From assembly GCA_964019335.1 (NCBI GenBank), contig OZ025661.1:310001-374000 (forward strand): DNA of 64,000 nucleotides. The letters run 5' to 3'. This stretch comes from Diplonema japonicum (taxonomy: Eukaryota > Protista > Euglenozoa: Diplonemea). Position numbers and translations under genes: made by a program. This document shows positions 14,239 to 29,200 of this stretch, one piece after another (within the stretch, counting starts at the first letter, position 1; each line of letters starts with the position of its first letter). A model generated the notes under the pieces. It saw only the letters and a list, made by a program, of their open reading frames with translations, was not told the DNA's origin and made no database searches.

Positions 14239-17200
14239 CGTCCCATAACCCGAGGCCAAACAGGATCCCACGATGCCTTGTGCTTTCCAGTAACACTTGC
14301 TGTCTAACAGACAAGGACATTTAGACAAGTCATTACAGTTCTTCTCTACGCAAAGCGAGTTCGTGCTCGCCCACATGCAGCCGCCGTCGGCTTCACATGC
14401 GCTCATATCTTTAATCTTCGCACATGACTCCTCCACGCACATAGCAGGGGAGATGGATGGGCTCCACACACAGCCGTCTTTCCTGTTGCAAGGTAGCTCG
14501 TCCATTACTTCAGTGCATGGTTTCTGCACGCATGTGTCGTTGGCTGTCCATTCGCAGTAAGGATCGGCTGAACACTCTGTCTTTGATGGTTGGGTACATT
14601 TCTTTTCAATGCATCCGCCTGCAGCGATGATCACACTGCCCACAGTCTCGCTGCAGGGGGGTGCAGCAACAGTGCCCCATTCACAGACGTAGCCCTCGAC
14701 ACCCTTGTCGCTGTCAGTACTGATGCTGCTCCATTCCCCATTGGTGTGGAAGTACACACCACCGATGCCAGGCAATGGGTTCTGCGCCATCCAGTTCTCG
14801 TAGGTCAAGGCTGTCCCCGCTTCGGGGCCGGTTGCCCACTGCCATGAACTGGCTTGGTTGGAACCACCAATCCATCCACCACGAGAAACCTGCGACTGCA
14901 CCACTTCAAGCTCTGTCACGCTGGTGATGGTCGCAAGGTATCCTTGCTGCCCCAACGAAGCACGCTGGGCACATGCGCTTTTAGCTGCCGACCACGTGCA
15001 GTCAGGTTGTTTATTGCCGCCTGGCACAGTACACTTAGGATCGAATTTATAGTATTTGTAGAAGTGTCCAGTGGCTTCCGAATAGGCACCCTCACCATAG
15101 TTCCACATTATCCCCCTCTGCAAGCCTGCGCCCGACGTTGTCGTGAAGGTGACCTTTCGCACAGCTTCTGCAAACACGAGCAACGATTGTTTCTGACTGT
15201 TGGCAGACGAAAGCAGCAAAGTGCCCGACTCTGCCGACCACTCAGCTTTCATCGCGTTGGAAGGACAATCAGGACAGGCAAGGGAATCCTTGCCAAGAAT
15301 GTAGTCCGCTTTGTCGATCTTGATACTGACACCCGACACAGTCTCGCCACACCCACCAGGGCACGAGGTCTGGTTGCATGATAGCATCGGGAAGGGGTTC
15401 ATGGGTTCACCTCTAGCATACGTGAGGGCGCTGTCCTCGGAGTTCCAAGTGCAGGAAGTGTCTGTCTCGCATTTATTCTCAGTAGCGTGGTTGCACGGCT
15501 TGGGTTCACAGAGCGACTGGATGTTGTTCCAAACGCAATTGTCAGGGTCGGCAATGCAGCCTGACTCAGTGTCGTGCCTGCAACTCTTGTCAACACATGA
15601 GGTGCCTTCTGTGGTGCACGCTTGGTCGGCGTCGCAAGCAGCGCCTGCGGAGAGTGTGCTGCATGCCTTCTCGGGCTTCTTCACACACAGACTCTTCGAT
15701 GCATCCCACTGGCAACTGTTACCAACATCTGCAGTACAAAGAGGTTCCTCGCAGTGCTGCGTGCACGGTGTGTCACCACACGACACAGTGCCATCGAACC
15801 AAACACAGCCTGGGTCAACATTGCAGGTGCCCATGGTAGTGTGTTGCTTGCATGGCTTCTGTTCACCTGTGCTGCTGCTTCCATTTACGCCAACAACCAG
15901 CTTCCCAAACACACCATTCGGGTTGCAGATGTCGCCAAACACCTTCGTCGGCACCTCGTCGATCATAAGGTTCAGGAAGTGGAGGTCTTGCGGTGATGAT
16001 GTAATGGGTTTCAGTGTCTTTTCAGCCATTGTGTCAACAGCAGAGTGCGCGTCGAACCTTCGCACCACAACACCAAAGACTTGCACCTTGTTCACATCCA
16101 AGAGGGAACGTGCCTGCTGGAGGCTAGTCGTATCGAAAACTTGCCCGTCCGTCACGATGATGAGAACACGTTGTCTCCCGTCTGCAGGCGACGCACGGAA
16201 CATCTCCACAGCCATCCCTAGCCCTGCCTGTAGCATTGTCCCACCACCGTAGTAGTTGTTTTCTTGCCAGTCGATGTCATCACGAAGCTCATAAACATCC
16301 CCAGACAAGCTCCCGCCTGTCCCTGTCCCAGCAGGAGCGGCTTTTGCTTCTGCTTGCCCTGGGTTGGGACCATTTGCATTCGTGCCGGAAAACTGGATGA
16401 TACCGACCCTCACTTTCCCTGTCCCTGGTGCGGCATTTGCCCCCACGGTGCTTGCCTCACCGCTAAGGGGGAGAGCACGCACCCACTCTCTAGTCATCTC
16501 CATAATAGCTTCGAACCCTTGTGGGTGCCGCCCAAAGGACTGACTCATAGAAGCAGACCCGTCAAGCAGCAGGACTAGGTCAAGCGTCGGGCACTGTCCG
16601 TACTTGTCGCTGGTGCAGAAATTCTTATCGCTCCAGAAGCAGTCAACGTCTTTTCTGCACTCGCACTCTTGCAGCCTCCCGCAATCTTTCTCAAAGCACG
16701 ACCCATAATCGTAAACACATGCTGGGTCGCTTTCGCAGGCGGATTTATCGGTTATCTTGGCACAGTATGTCAAGCTGCAAATAGAAGGGGTTACAGAAAT
16801 GTCCCAGTGACACTTGAACACATCGCTGTTGCAGCAGCGCTCAGTTGTGTGTTTTGTACATGGTTTCTCGCTGCAGAGGTTGTTTTGCCACTGGCACCGC
16901 GAGTCGAGCTTGCAGTTAATTTCAGTGAGCAACGGTGTTGTGCTGCACGCCCTCTCGGTACATGACCCGCCACTCAAACACGTGTCCCATTGGCAGCTGG
17001 TGTCGCGTTTGCAGTCTGCTTGTAGATCATACTGGCAGGGTTTCAACTCGCAAGTATTGGAGACGCCTGCCCATATGCAGCCGTCAGTGTCAGCTTCACA
17101 CTCACTTTCTGTGTTCTGGTTACACGGACGTTCTATGCAGCTGCTTGTTCGAAGGTTCCAGTCGCACTGCGTGTCATTTTCGCAGGCAGGTTCTGTGGAG

Positions 17201-20200
17201 TATGCGCATAGGGTTTCCTTCCAGCATGACGGGCTGCTGGAACCAGGTGTTACCACCCATTGGCAGTGATTTACAGTGTCAGCAGTGCACACTGGTTCTT
17301 CGCAGTGCTTCACACAAGACGAATCAACGCACAACCCAGTGGTACTCTGGTACACACACCCAGGGTCACGGGTGCATTCCGTTTGGATGGCGTACTGCGA
17401 ACACGGTTTATGCACACCAGACTGCATCTCCTTCGGCATCAACAACTGTCCCCACTTACTGGTCGGGCCGCACAAACCGCTCAGGACCTTCTCAGGCATT
17501 TCGTCAATCAGCACATTCACGAAGTGGTCGTCGTGCGGGTCTGACGTGAGGGGTTTCAACGTGACCTCCGCGTCAATATCCAGTTGAGTGTGCGCGATCG
17601 CCTTGCGCAACACAACACCGAAAATGTTGACACCGGCTGTCGTCAACGCCGCCTTCGTCGCAGAGAGCAGTGCTGTGTCCTTGATGGCACCGTCAGTGAT
17701 GACCAGCAGCACCTTCTTTCTTGAAGCAGGAGATTCATTGAACATATTGGCCGCCCATTTGAGCCCCGTGTTAATAAAGGTGCTGCCCATGATGTAGTTT
17801 GTTTCATGCCACGTGATGTCGGTTGTGAGTTCAGCAAGATCACCAGTAAGCGACCCACCTGAGCCCACACCAAGAGGTGTTTTGATTGCATCAGAGACTT
17901 GCGGAGCAGGTCCGGAGAACTGGATCACACCCATCCTAATCCCACCGTTGGGGGCGGTGGACGCTTTACCAACACTGTGGTCTTCCCCTGTGAGTGGCAG
18001 AGCCGAGGCCCAGTCTCTAATCATCTCCATCATGGCGTAGAACCCATTCGGATGGCGCCCGAAGGCCTCACTCATAGAGCCAGACCCATCAAGAAGCAAG
18101 ACAACATCTAGCACAGGGCATTGCCCGTACTTACTCTCAACACACTTCTCGGCTTTCACGTCCCAGAAGCATCGCTGTTCCACCTGACAGGCACAGCGGT
18201 CGTTCGTAAACTTGCTGCATTCTTTCTCCAAGCATTTTGTTTGCTGCGCATCCCACTTGCAAGCATCGTCTGCATTGCATGCATCCATGCCTTCGAACTG
18301 CCTGCAATACTTTTCCTTGCACAGCGATGGCGAGGTCACGACATCGTACTTGCAATCAGGATCTTTAGAGCATTCCTTCTCGTTGGGGTACAGTACACAA
18401 GGAGCAATGACGCAGGGTTTTGTTGTCCCTCCTACCCAGTCACAGTATGGGTCAGACTCACAAGCTTCCTCTGTGGTGTACTTGCACTTCTCCGTCGAGC
18501 AGGCTCCGCCCACCATGTCAACAACATCGCCACACTGAGCACCGCTGGCATCTTCCGCTTGGCCATAGTTCCATGCGACCTTCCTCTTGCCAACGTCCAC
18601 AGATGAGGTAGTGAACTCCACACCACGTACTTCAGTAGCAAGCTCATTTGCCGTCTTCCCAGCGGCAGCGAGTAACAGACTTCCCGCTGTCTCGTTCCAG
18701 GCCAGCTGCACACCAGCACTGCAAGTCGGACATGCGAGGGAGTCCTTCCCGATGACATACCCCTCCGTGATGCGGATGAAAACACCTGGCTGGCCAGCAG
18801 TGCAAGGACATCCCGCACCACAAATGGTGTTAATGAACGGATTAGCAGGGATTTTCTTTTCATACGACACTGCACCGGTGGCTGCATTAGAGGCAGCACC
18901 CGAGTACACCAGCCATTCACAGCCGGTTTCTTCGATGCAGTACTGCTTAGAGAGGCTACAAGGGATAGGAGCACAAGTAGGTGTGGGAAGCAGTGACCAC
19001 TTACAACCATCAGGATCTTGCACACAGGCATCTTCATTGTCGTGCACACATGGCTCTACAGTGCACACAGCCGGCTTGCCGACAGCGAAGTCCAAGGAAG
19101 GGGGCTCGCAGACGCATCTCCAGTCACCAGTGCTCGCCAGTGTGGCATTGGGGTCGAAACAGTACTGCTTGCAGCTGAGCGAGGTGCAGTCCATTGTGCA
19201 CTTGTAGGCATTCTTTTCGCATTCGTCTACATCACAAGTGGCAGCCTTTGCTGTCGCAGTACTTGTTGAAGGAGGCGGGCACTGACACACCCAATCGCTC
19301 AGAATGGCAGAGTCCATATTCTTGTCAATGCAAATCTGGCCTTTCTCGCTGCAAGTAGAGTTAGCGCATGTTGGACACACTGCAATGCACTCGTCAAGTA
19401 TACACAATGCGGGTTTTGCAGTAGCTGATCCCACGGCCGGTGGTGCGCAAACACATTCCCAGTCTCCGACCTTACTGCTGTTGGTGTCACGACACAGTTG
19501 CCCTTTCGAAGTGCACGTCCCTGCGTGTTCATCACACTCGTCAACTGCGCACCGTGCTGCCTTCGCTGTTTCCTTGCCCTGCAGTGGTGGTGCGCAGTTG
19601 CACGTCCAGTCACCAGTGCTGCCCACAGCTGTGTTCGGGTCGAAGCAAGTTTGAAAACAATCAGGCGATCCCGGTCGGCAGTCAATAGTACACTTGTAGC
19701 CATGCTCTTTGCACTCGTCAAGATCGCACGCAGCTGGCTTAGCCGTTGCCTTGTGAGTCGATGGTGGTGGGCACTTGCAGACCCAGTCATTGATGCTTGC
19801 GGCTGCAGTGTTCATATCTTCACATTCCTGCCCTTCAACAGAGCAAGTACCCATGGCACAAGAGATACACGTGGAGATGCACTCATCTAGCAAGCACAAG
19901 GCAGGCCTCTTTGTTGCACTACCGGTTGCTGGCGGAGTACACACACACTCCCAGTTTCCAAGCACAGCCTTGTTGGGGTCATTGCATAACTGTCCTTCAA
20001 TAGTGCACACGGTGCCCTTATCATTACACTCATCATACTCACACGAAGCAGGCCCTGCCACTTGTTTGCCGATTGACGGCGACGGACAGATGCACTCCCA
20101 ATCGCCTGTGCTCCCCGAGGTTGGGTTCGGATCGTAGCAAATCTGCTGACAATCCATCGTCCCGGCAGCGCACGATTGTGTGCAATTCTGATTCAGGCAT

Positions 20201-23200
20201 TCGTCATGGTCGCACACAGCAGGCTTGCCAGTGGATGTGTGGTTGGACCCGCCAGTGCACTTGCACGCCCAATCGCTTGTGCTTGAGGGGCTCAAGTTCA
20301 TGTCGATGCATTCTTGCCCAGCAGCGCTGCATGTAGTCCCTGAGCAAGTTGCACAGGTTAATGTGCATTCATCATAAACACAGTCTGCTGGCATTGCCGT
20401 GGCGTTGCCTGTACTAGGTGCTCTGCACACGCACATCCAGTCACCTATTTGAGTCAGGTCAGGGTCTTGGCAGTCCTGATCCATAGCCAGGCAAACAGCG
20501 CCGTTAAATTCACATTCGTGGACAGTGCATGAAGGCACCGCAGCACCTGTGTTCTTTCCAATAGCTGGGCTTTTGCACTCACACTGGAAATCGGATGGTG
20601 TGCCACAAACTGTATTCGGGTCGTAGCATGTCTGGTTCGCAGCACTACAGATAACATCGTTGACACACTCATCACAGACACACTGCGCAGGCTTACCTGT
20701 GGCTGTTTGTGTGGATGGTGACGGGCATGTGCACGTCCAGTCGCTAACGCTTGTTGCTGCAGTATTCGGGTCATTACAGGATTGACCTTGTGCCTCGCAG
20801 ACACCCTTCCCACAGGTAGTGCACGTTTCGATACACTCGTCTAACACACATGAGGCTGGCGATGCAGTGGCGATACCTGTGCTAGGTAGTGCACATTCAC
20901 ACTGCCAGTCACCGAGTTTCTTCAGATCAGGATCCTTGCACGTCTGACCTTTTGAAACGCACACTGCGCCATTGTCATCACACTCGTTGACCGTACAAAT
21001 GGCAGAAGTGGCAACGGCAGTACCCGTGTAGGGAGCGTAGCATTCGCATATGTAGTCATTGCTGGCGTTGCAAGCCGTCTTTGGATCGTAACAGGCCTGT
21101 TCGGCCTTGGCACAGGTCGGGTTTGTGAGACACTCGTCGCACACGCATGTGGCTGCCTTAGCTGTCGCTGAACCAACGCCAGGTGAAGGGCACGTGCAAA
21201 TCCAATCGGACAGCGCGTGTGCGTCAGTGTTGGGATCAAGACATGTCTGCCCAGCATTGGTGCACGTCCCCTTCGCGCAGGTGGCACAGTTCTCGACACA
21301 CTCATCAACCTTACACTTGGCAGGACCGCCAAGCTGTGCTGTACCACTCGGGCAGACACATTGCCAATCACCCAAAGCCGGCGACAGGTCAGCGCACGCC
21401 TGACCTTGAGCACTGCAGATGTTCGTAGGTGCCGACACCGTTTGCGCACATGTAGGACAGGTCTCAATACACTCATTGAGCACACATGACATGCCTGCGA
21501 CCCCCCCATTTGTTGCTGTGCCGTTGTTGCCCTTGAACGGCGGCGTACACATGCAATTCCAGTCGCCGACAGATTGCGGATTGGGAGTAGGGTCGTCGCA
21601 GATGTGCCCCGAGGTGCTGCATTTCACTGCTTCCGGGTCGGTTTCACACTCCCCAGGGTAGGTGCATTCCGCAGGCTTCATTATGCCCGCCAATTGCTTC
21701 ACGGCAGGAGGAGACACGCAGCGACACTCCCAGTCGTTAATACTGCTCAGTGTCGGGTTTGGGTCCACGCACTCCTGGCCATGTTTTGTACACACCTCTT
21801 CGTTAGCGGCAGTGCTGCACTCATCTACAACACAAGGCGATGCAACACGTGCCACTGCAAAGCCTTTTGCAGGGGTGGGGCAGGTACAAACCCAGTCCTT
21901 TACGGACTGAGGGCTGATGTTCGGGTCGTAACAGGTTTGGCCCTGCGCAGAGCACGTACCCTGGGAGCATGTGTTGCAAAGAGAAGTACATTCGTCAAGG
22001 ATGCACTCGGCCGCATTTGCCACGGCATAGCCGTGTGCAGGCGGTTTGCAAGTGCACGTCCAGTCGCTCGTTGACGTGCTACCTTTGTTCGGATCTTCGC
22101 AGATTTGGTCTTTCTGTGTGCAAGCACCATTCGAACACGTTGGGCAGGCAGCCACACACTCATCTAGCAGGCAACTTGCTGGCTTCGTAACAGCAAACCC
22201 CGTGAGGGGTAAAACACACCTACATTCCCAGTCGCCTGTACGTGTGCCATTAGGATCAAAGCAAGTCTGGCTTTGCACCTCGCAAGTGTCCTTGTGCGTG
22301 AGGCACTCATCAACATCACAGGTAGGTACAGGGGCCATGAGGTTCAGTGGCTTGGTGGAGGGCGGAAGACACGCGCACGTCCAGTCGCTTAGAGTTGCCA
22401 TGTTCGGGTCGTTGCAAGTTTGCGTCGCGTTTGTGCAGGCGCCATTAGAGCATGTTGGGCAGCTTGCTACGCACTCGTTTATCAAGCATACAGCTGCGTT
22501 AGCCATCGCCTGTCCCATGAAAGGCGCCTTGCACGTACACGTCCAATCATTCGTCGACAACGCGGAGATGTTCGGGTCCTCGCACAGTTGACCGGCTGCG
22601 CTACAGACACCCAAGCCGCATGTCGGCCCTGTGCATGCAGGCGAGCACTCGTTAAGTAAGCATTCAGCAGGAGTGGCCGTGGCACTGCCGTTCATGGGGG
22701 GCTTGCACAGACACTTCCAGTCATTTGGCGTTATTGCGCTTGGGTCAAAGCAAGTCTGTCCCATGTTCTTGCAAATGTCGCCATGCTTAGTGCACTCGTC
22801 CTCGTCGCATCCCATGACAGCAGCTGTGAGGGCAGACTTATTCATTGGTGGTAAACATGAGCACTTCCAGTCCGAGAGCACTGACGTATCTGGGTCGTAG
22901 CACGTCTGGTTTTTGGAGCTACATGTGTCTCCGGCACATGTCGGGCATGTTGCCTTGCACTCATCAAGAACGCACACTGCAGCATTTGCCACAGCTGAGC
23001 CGTTTTTAGGGGGAGGGCATGTGCATGTCCAATCGCTCGTCGAAGTCACCAACTGATTGGGGTCGTTGCATGTCTGCCCTTGAGAGGTGCAGGTCGTACC
23101 GGCACATGTAGGACACGCATCTACGCACTCGTCGAGCATGCAATCTGCTGGCATCGTGACCCCAACACCAGTCATCGGCAGCTTGCAGTGGCACTCCCAG

Positions 23201-26200
23201 TCGTTGGGCTTCACCAGGTTAGGGTCAACACACGTTTGGTTCTTGTTTGTGCACACTGTCCCGTGAAGCTGGCACTCATTTATGTCACAGGAAGGCACAG
23301 GCCCCCCCAAGACTGCTGCCTGCGAAGGTGGCGGGCAGTTGCACGTCCAGTCGCTGAGCTTTGCAAAGTCTGGGTCATGGCACGTCTGGTTCTTTGTGGT
23401 GCACTTGCCATTAGAGCACGTGGGGCCAGTGCATGTTTCAAGACACTCGTTCAACTGACAGGTTGCTGCTGCTGCGACTGCGACACCGACGTAAGGACTC
23501 TTGCAGGTGCATGTCCAGTCGTATGTTGAATGTGCAGCAGTGTTGGGATCAAGACAATCCTGCTGCTTGTCGGTGCACGTCGTGTTTGCACACGAGGGAC
23601 ACGTACTGACACACTCGTCGATTATGCAAAGGGCTACGCTTGCTGTTGCTGAGCCAGTGAGTGGGAGCTTGCATTTACAGGTCCAGTCGCCTAGCGTGCT
23701 CAAATTCGGATCAAAGCAAGTCTGATCGGAATTCGTGCAGGTTGTCCCGTGAAGGGTACACTCGTTGACATCGCAATTCGCGGCAGCGGCAGCAACAGCA
23801 CTGTTGTTCGAGGGAGGTGGGCAGGTGCACGTCCAGTCCTTCAGCGTCGTCTTATCAGGGTCGTAACACTTCTGATTCTGGCTGCTACATGTTGTGCCTG
23901 CACACGTTTGACAGGATTCTACGCACTCATCGATTTGACACTGCGCTGCATTAGCAACAGCAGTGCCAGTATACGGTACGGGGCACGTGCACGTCCAGTC
24001 ACTGAGGTGCGTGACACTCGGGTTCGGGTCAAAGCACTCTTGGTTCTGACTTGAACATGTGTCGTTTGCACAAGTAGCACATTTGACTTTGCATTCGTCT
24101 AACACACACACGGCAGGTGCTTGTGACGGCTGGGTAGAAGGGTCCCTCACTGCTGGAGGGTCGCAGTCGCAGTACCAGTCGTCCGTGCAGGGTGCAGGCG
24201 TGGGGTCCACGCAAAGCTGGTTCACATTCCCGCACGTTACAGCGCCTTTCGAACCTTGGGAACACTCGTCATGCTCGCAGAGCTTGCTGCCTGCATTCCA
24301 TGCGCAATTAGGGTCCGCTTGGCACATCATTTTGTTAGTCGCATCATCGCTTGTTGTGTAAGAACATAAACAGGTGGGGTCTGGTGCTTTCAAGCATATG
24401 GTGCCGTTCAACCAAGTGCAGTTGTTGTTTTTGTCACCAAGGCATGCTCCTTGATCGCAGTTCTTCATGCAAGGGGTATTCAAACACTCGGACCCGACGT
24501 CCGACCAGATACAGCCAGGGTCTTTTGAGCAAGTCCCCTGAGTCTTGTAATCAGGACATGGAAGGTGTATGCCAGTCGACGGGACAGGGACACTCTTCAC
24601 AATGAGGTGTCCCCATGGCCCGTTGGGGTCGCAGACTTTGATGAGCAGGTCGGGCACTTCGTCGAGCTGCACATTTGCAAAATGCTCATCGTGCTTGTCA
24701 GACGTGATGGGCTTGAGGGTGGCCTCGGCATCCCAGTCGGACTTCGTGTGCTGTATCTCCCTTCTGATGACAATTCCAAAGACCTGGACTTGTTCCTTGT
24801 CCAGCTCAGCCCTTGCAGGCCCCAATGTTTTAGGATCAAATATCTTCCCATCGGTGAAGACGAACAGCACGCGCTGCCTTCCGTCAATAGGCGACTCGTG
24901 GAATATGTCCGCCGCTTCTTCCAACCCCAGCTGGATCATCGTCCCCTTTGAGATGTAGTTCTTCTCGTGCCAATCGATATCCTCTTCCAGTTCATTGAGA
25001 TCGCCTGACAGACCGCCGCTTGCTCCTGTGCCATCTGGTGTGGTTTTCACCATGCTTCGCTTATAGTTGATGCCGGAGAACTGAACAAACCCAACACGCA
25101 CACCACCGTTGTCCTTCTTGGAATTGATACCCACCGAAGCCGGTTCACCGTTCAGCGGCATCTTCTCAACCCAGTCACGGAGCATCTCCATGAAGGCGAA
25201 GTACCCATGCGGGTGAGCTCCGAACTTCTTCGACATCGAGACAGACCCATCGATGATGCACACGATGTCTAGTGTTGGGCATTTTGCCACCTCCACCGGG
25301 ACACACGTGCTTGTGATTGCTTTCCAGTAGCACTTCTCATGTTGGTTGCAAGGGCACGTAGTAGGGAACTTGCTGCAGTCGAGGGTTGTGCACGAGTTCG
25401 TTGTGGTGTTGTACATACAGTCGCTCTGGTCCTCACACTTCTTCGCGTCCGTGATCGCGGGGCATTTCTTCATCTTGCAAATTGAAGGCGAGCTCGTCAC
25501 GTCCCATTTGCAAATTTTATTGTGGTCGCAGCACAGCTCGTCCCTCAGCTGCGCGCATGGTTTGTCCGTACAAGTGCTGCCTTTGTCGTCCCATTGGCAG
25601 TACGCATCCGACGCACAGGGGCTTTTCGCGTTGTGCTTGTCACATCCCTTGAACATGCACGACTGCTGAGTGGTGTTCCCGCACAACGGGTAGTCCCATT
25701 TGCAGTTCGGGTCTGCAGTGCAGGTAGTCCTGAACGCCGAGGTGCACGGTGCTACGACACATGACTTGACACCATTCTGGTCTACCCAAGCACATCCCGC
25801 ATCGTCGACTGCGCAGTCAGCTTCCTGCTTGTTTGATGTGCAGGGGGGGGCAAGGCAGAGACCATTCTGCCACGAACAGAGATCTGGTGATTTCAGACAG
25901 GAACCTGAATCTGTGTACGCGCAGATAGTCTTCTTCCAGCAGTCCGTGTTGTTCCATGAGCAGAGGTTTGTAGTGTCCTTCACGCAAGTTGCGTTGTCGC
26001 AGTGAGTGATGCACGGAGAGTCTGTGCACTCGTCGCTTGCTACGGACCACTCGCAGCCGGGGTCTGCAGTGCAGCCATGGGCGTCGGCATGGTGCGGGCA
26101 AGGGGCATGGATGCCCGCCTGGCTGCTGGGTGGCTTGCTGACGATGAGTTTCCCAAAAAGCCCGTTGGGGTCGCACACGTCGCTCAGCACAGAGCCCGCG

Positions 26201-29200
26201 ACTTCGTCTATCATAATGTTCTGGAAGTGGTCGTCGTGCGGATCGGAGGTGATGGGCTTCAAGGTTTTCTCTGCATCGTAGTCCGCCTTCGTGTGTTTCG
26301 TCCACTTCCTGATTACAATACCAAAGGTCTGCACATCCTCACCGTTGAGAACGGCCCTCGCAGGGGCTAGCTTGTCGGGGTCAAAAATCTTACCGTCAGT
26401 AAAGATAAGCAGCACCCGCTTGCGGACAGCATGCTGGTGCGCCTTGTCGAACATATCACCCACCCAGACCAGACCCTTCTCAATCATTGTCCCTCTATTC
26501 AAGAACTCGTCCTCGTGCCAGTCGAAGTCGTCTTCAAGCTCATCCAAGTCACCTGACAGCCTGCCCTCAGTACCAACTCTGCGTGGTGTCTTAATAGCTG
26601 TTGCTTTCCCCGCGTAGTTCTTCTTTCGGTTCTGTCCTGAGAATTGGATGATTCCGATTCTGATGCCGCCTGTGGCAGGCCCTGCAACGGTGCCTTGCCC
26701 AGCCCTTTCACCAGTGAGCGGAAGTGACTCTGCCCAGGTTCTGAGAATCTCGATCAAGGCGTAGAACCCATGCGGATGGTTCCCGAACTTGGAAGCCATG
26801 GACCCAGAGCCGTCTACCAACAGGACGATGTCCATCACAGGGCACTCGCCGAAGGTCATCTTCACACACTTGTTGTTGAGGTCGTCCCAGTAGCACTCTG
26901 GGTGGGAACGGCACGGACACTTATCAAGCTTGTTGCAGTCTAGATCGACACATCTGTCTTTTGCCGCATCCCACATGCACTCGTTGTCGGTATTGCAGCC
27001 GGTTTTGTGCCCTGCTGTGGGGTAGGTCTTGGTGCAGTATTTCTCCTCACACACAGCATTCTTCAAGTCCCAGTAACAGCCGTCCATGTGATCACAGCAC
27101 TTCTCAGTTGGGTACTGCGCACATCTGCTGAGCTCACAAGTGAGAGAGCTGGTCCAGATACAAATAGGATCGGCTTTGCAGAAAACTTGTGACTGATGGT
27201 CAGCACTGGTGCATCTCTTTGCGATGCAGATCTGATCATTTACGTTCCCGCAAGCATGGTTCCATTCGCACTTAGAGTCTGCGTCGCACTGTGGTTGGTC
27301 GGGGTAGTAGCATGGTGTGGGCACGCATGTTGCAGCGGGTTGGATTGTCGTATCCCACGTGCATTGCGGGCCGAGGAGATCGCACTCGTCTGGCGCTGAT
27401 GCACTGCATGGTTTGTCAGTGCAACGAGGGTTCTGCGTCGCATCCCAAGTGCATTTCGCATTCATGCAGTCTGATTGGGTGAGATGATCATTGCAGACCG
27501 ACTTGTGACAGGTGTTGTTCGCATAGCGGCAGCTGTTGACAGGATCGCTGACGCAGTCCTGCTCAGAGCAGTGCTTGAAGCATGGGTGGTCATCGCAGCT
27601 CAACGTGAGGTCCACCCACTGACAAGTCGAGCGTGCCGAGCAGTCAGACATCCCCTGGATGACGGAGCATGCCGGTTCTGAGAATTTCGATGTGCTGCTC
27701 ACAATGAGTGAACCGAACAACCCGTTGGGGTCACAGATGCCGTCCAGCACATCATGCGCCTCATCAATCGTCATCATCAGCGCATGCGTTGCCTTGTCAT
27801 CAGACACGATCTCCTTCAGCACCTTATGGTTAGCCTGCTCGTCTTTCGTCGCTGAAGTCCCCCTCGTCAGGACAATACCAAATGTCTTCACACCCTCTGA
27901 GGCCAGAATCTTCCCAGCAGGAGCCAGCGCTCCCCTGTCCATGATCATCCCGTCGGTGAAGATGAGCAACACTTTCTGTCTGTGCGGGGGTGACGCTTTG
28001 AATACTTCTCCAGCGAACTCCTCAGCTTCCTTGACCAGTGTCATTGGCCTGCGCTGCACTCCCTGGTGCCACGACAGGTCGGCCTCAAGCTGGGCGACAT
28101 CGCCAGTGAGCTTTCCACAGTTGTCAGCGAGCTGCGCGGTGCCACCAATATTGTCAACGCTGTTCGTGGGGATCCCGTCACCTTTAGCGACAGCAGGCGC
28201 GCAGGCACATGCAGGGCACTCAGCAACCCTTACGCCAGTGTCCCATTGGCTGAAGGCGACACGCAGCTTTCCGCCTGTTGCGACAGAAGGCACACTGGCC
28301 TTCTCTCCCGTCAGCGGTATTGTCTTCACCCAGTCGCGCAGCGCCTCAACAAGCCCATCGAACCCAGTGGGGTGCGTTCCAAACCTGTTGCTCATGGAAG
28401 TCGATCCATCAAAGGCAACCACGATGTCAAGGTCGGGGCACTGCGCAAAGCGCTGGTCCACACAGGTGGGAGAAGAAGTTGTCTTGTCCAGCTCGCACTT
28501 GGCATCCGCTTTACAAGCGCACATCCAGTCAGGTCCGTAGGCACTGTTGTAGTCGGGGCATGTCTTGTCTTTGCACTTATTCTGCGTGGAATCCCAAATG
28601 CAGAGGTTTTTATTATCCTTGTTACAACTTGTCTGAGTGGCGTGGGTCTTGAAGCAGTAGCTTTCTATACAACCACCACAGCCGGTGATGTCCCAGTGGC
28701 AGTCACTGTCAGTATTGCAAGATGCCTCTGCCGTGTACTGGTTGCACTTCGATTCGGTGCAAGGGGGGGAACCTGAAGATGCCCATTTGCAAGCCGCTCG
28801 TGTGGTGCAAGTATTTTCCATCGTCTCGGAGATGCAAATCTGCTTGCGACAGTTACCGTACTGTGTGTTCCATACGCAGCCATCAGGGCTTGTCTCACAA
28901 GCAGCTTTATTGTCGTGTGTGCAGGTCTTGGTCACACACTCTGCCGCATCACAGTCCCAGTTGCAGGTGCCACTGACGTGATTCAGGCATGGCAGCTCGG
29001 AAGTGATAGATGTGCAGTCAGGTGTTTTCGGTTTGCACTTGTTCGTGTTAGTGTCCCACATGCAGTTGTCGTCTGCATCACAGGTGCCTTGAGAGAAGTG
29101 AGAGCATTCCTTCAGGTTGCATTTCGCTGGGCTGGCAGTCGTGTCCCATTCGCACAGGTCGTCTGGGTCGTTGTTGCACTCCGCCTGCGTGTCGTAGTCG

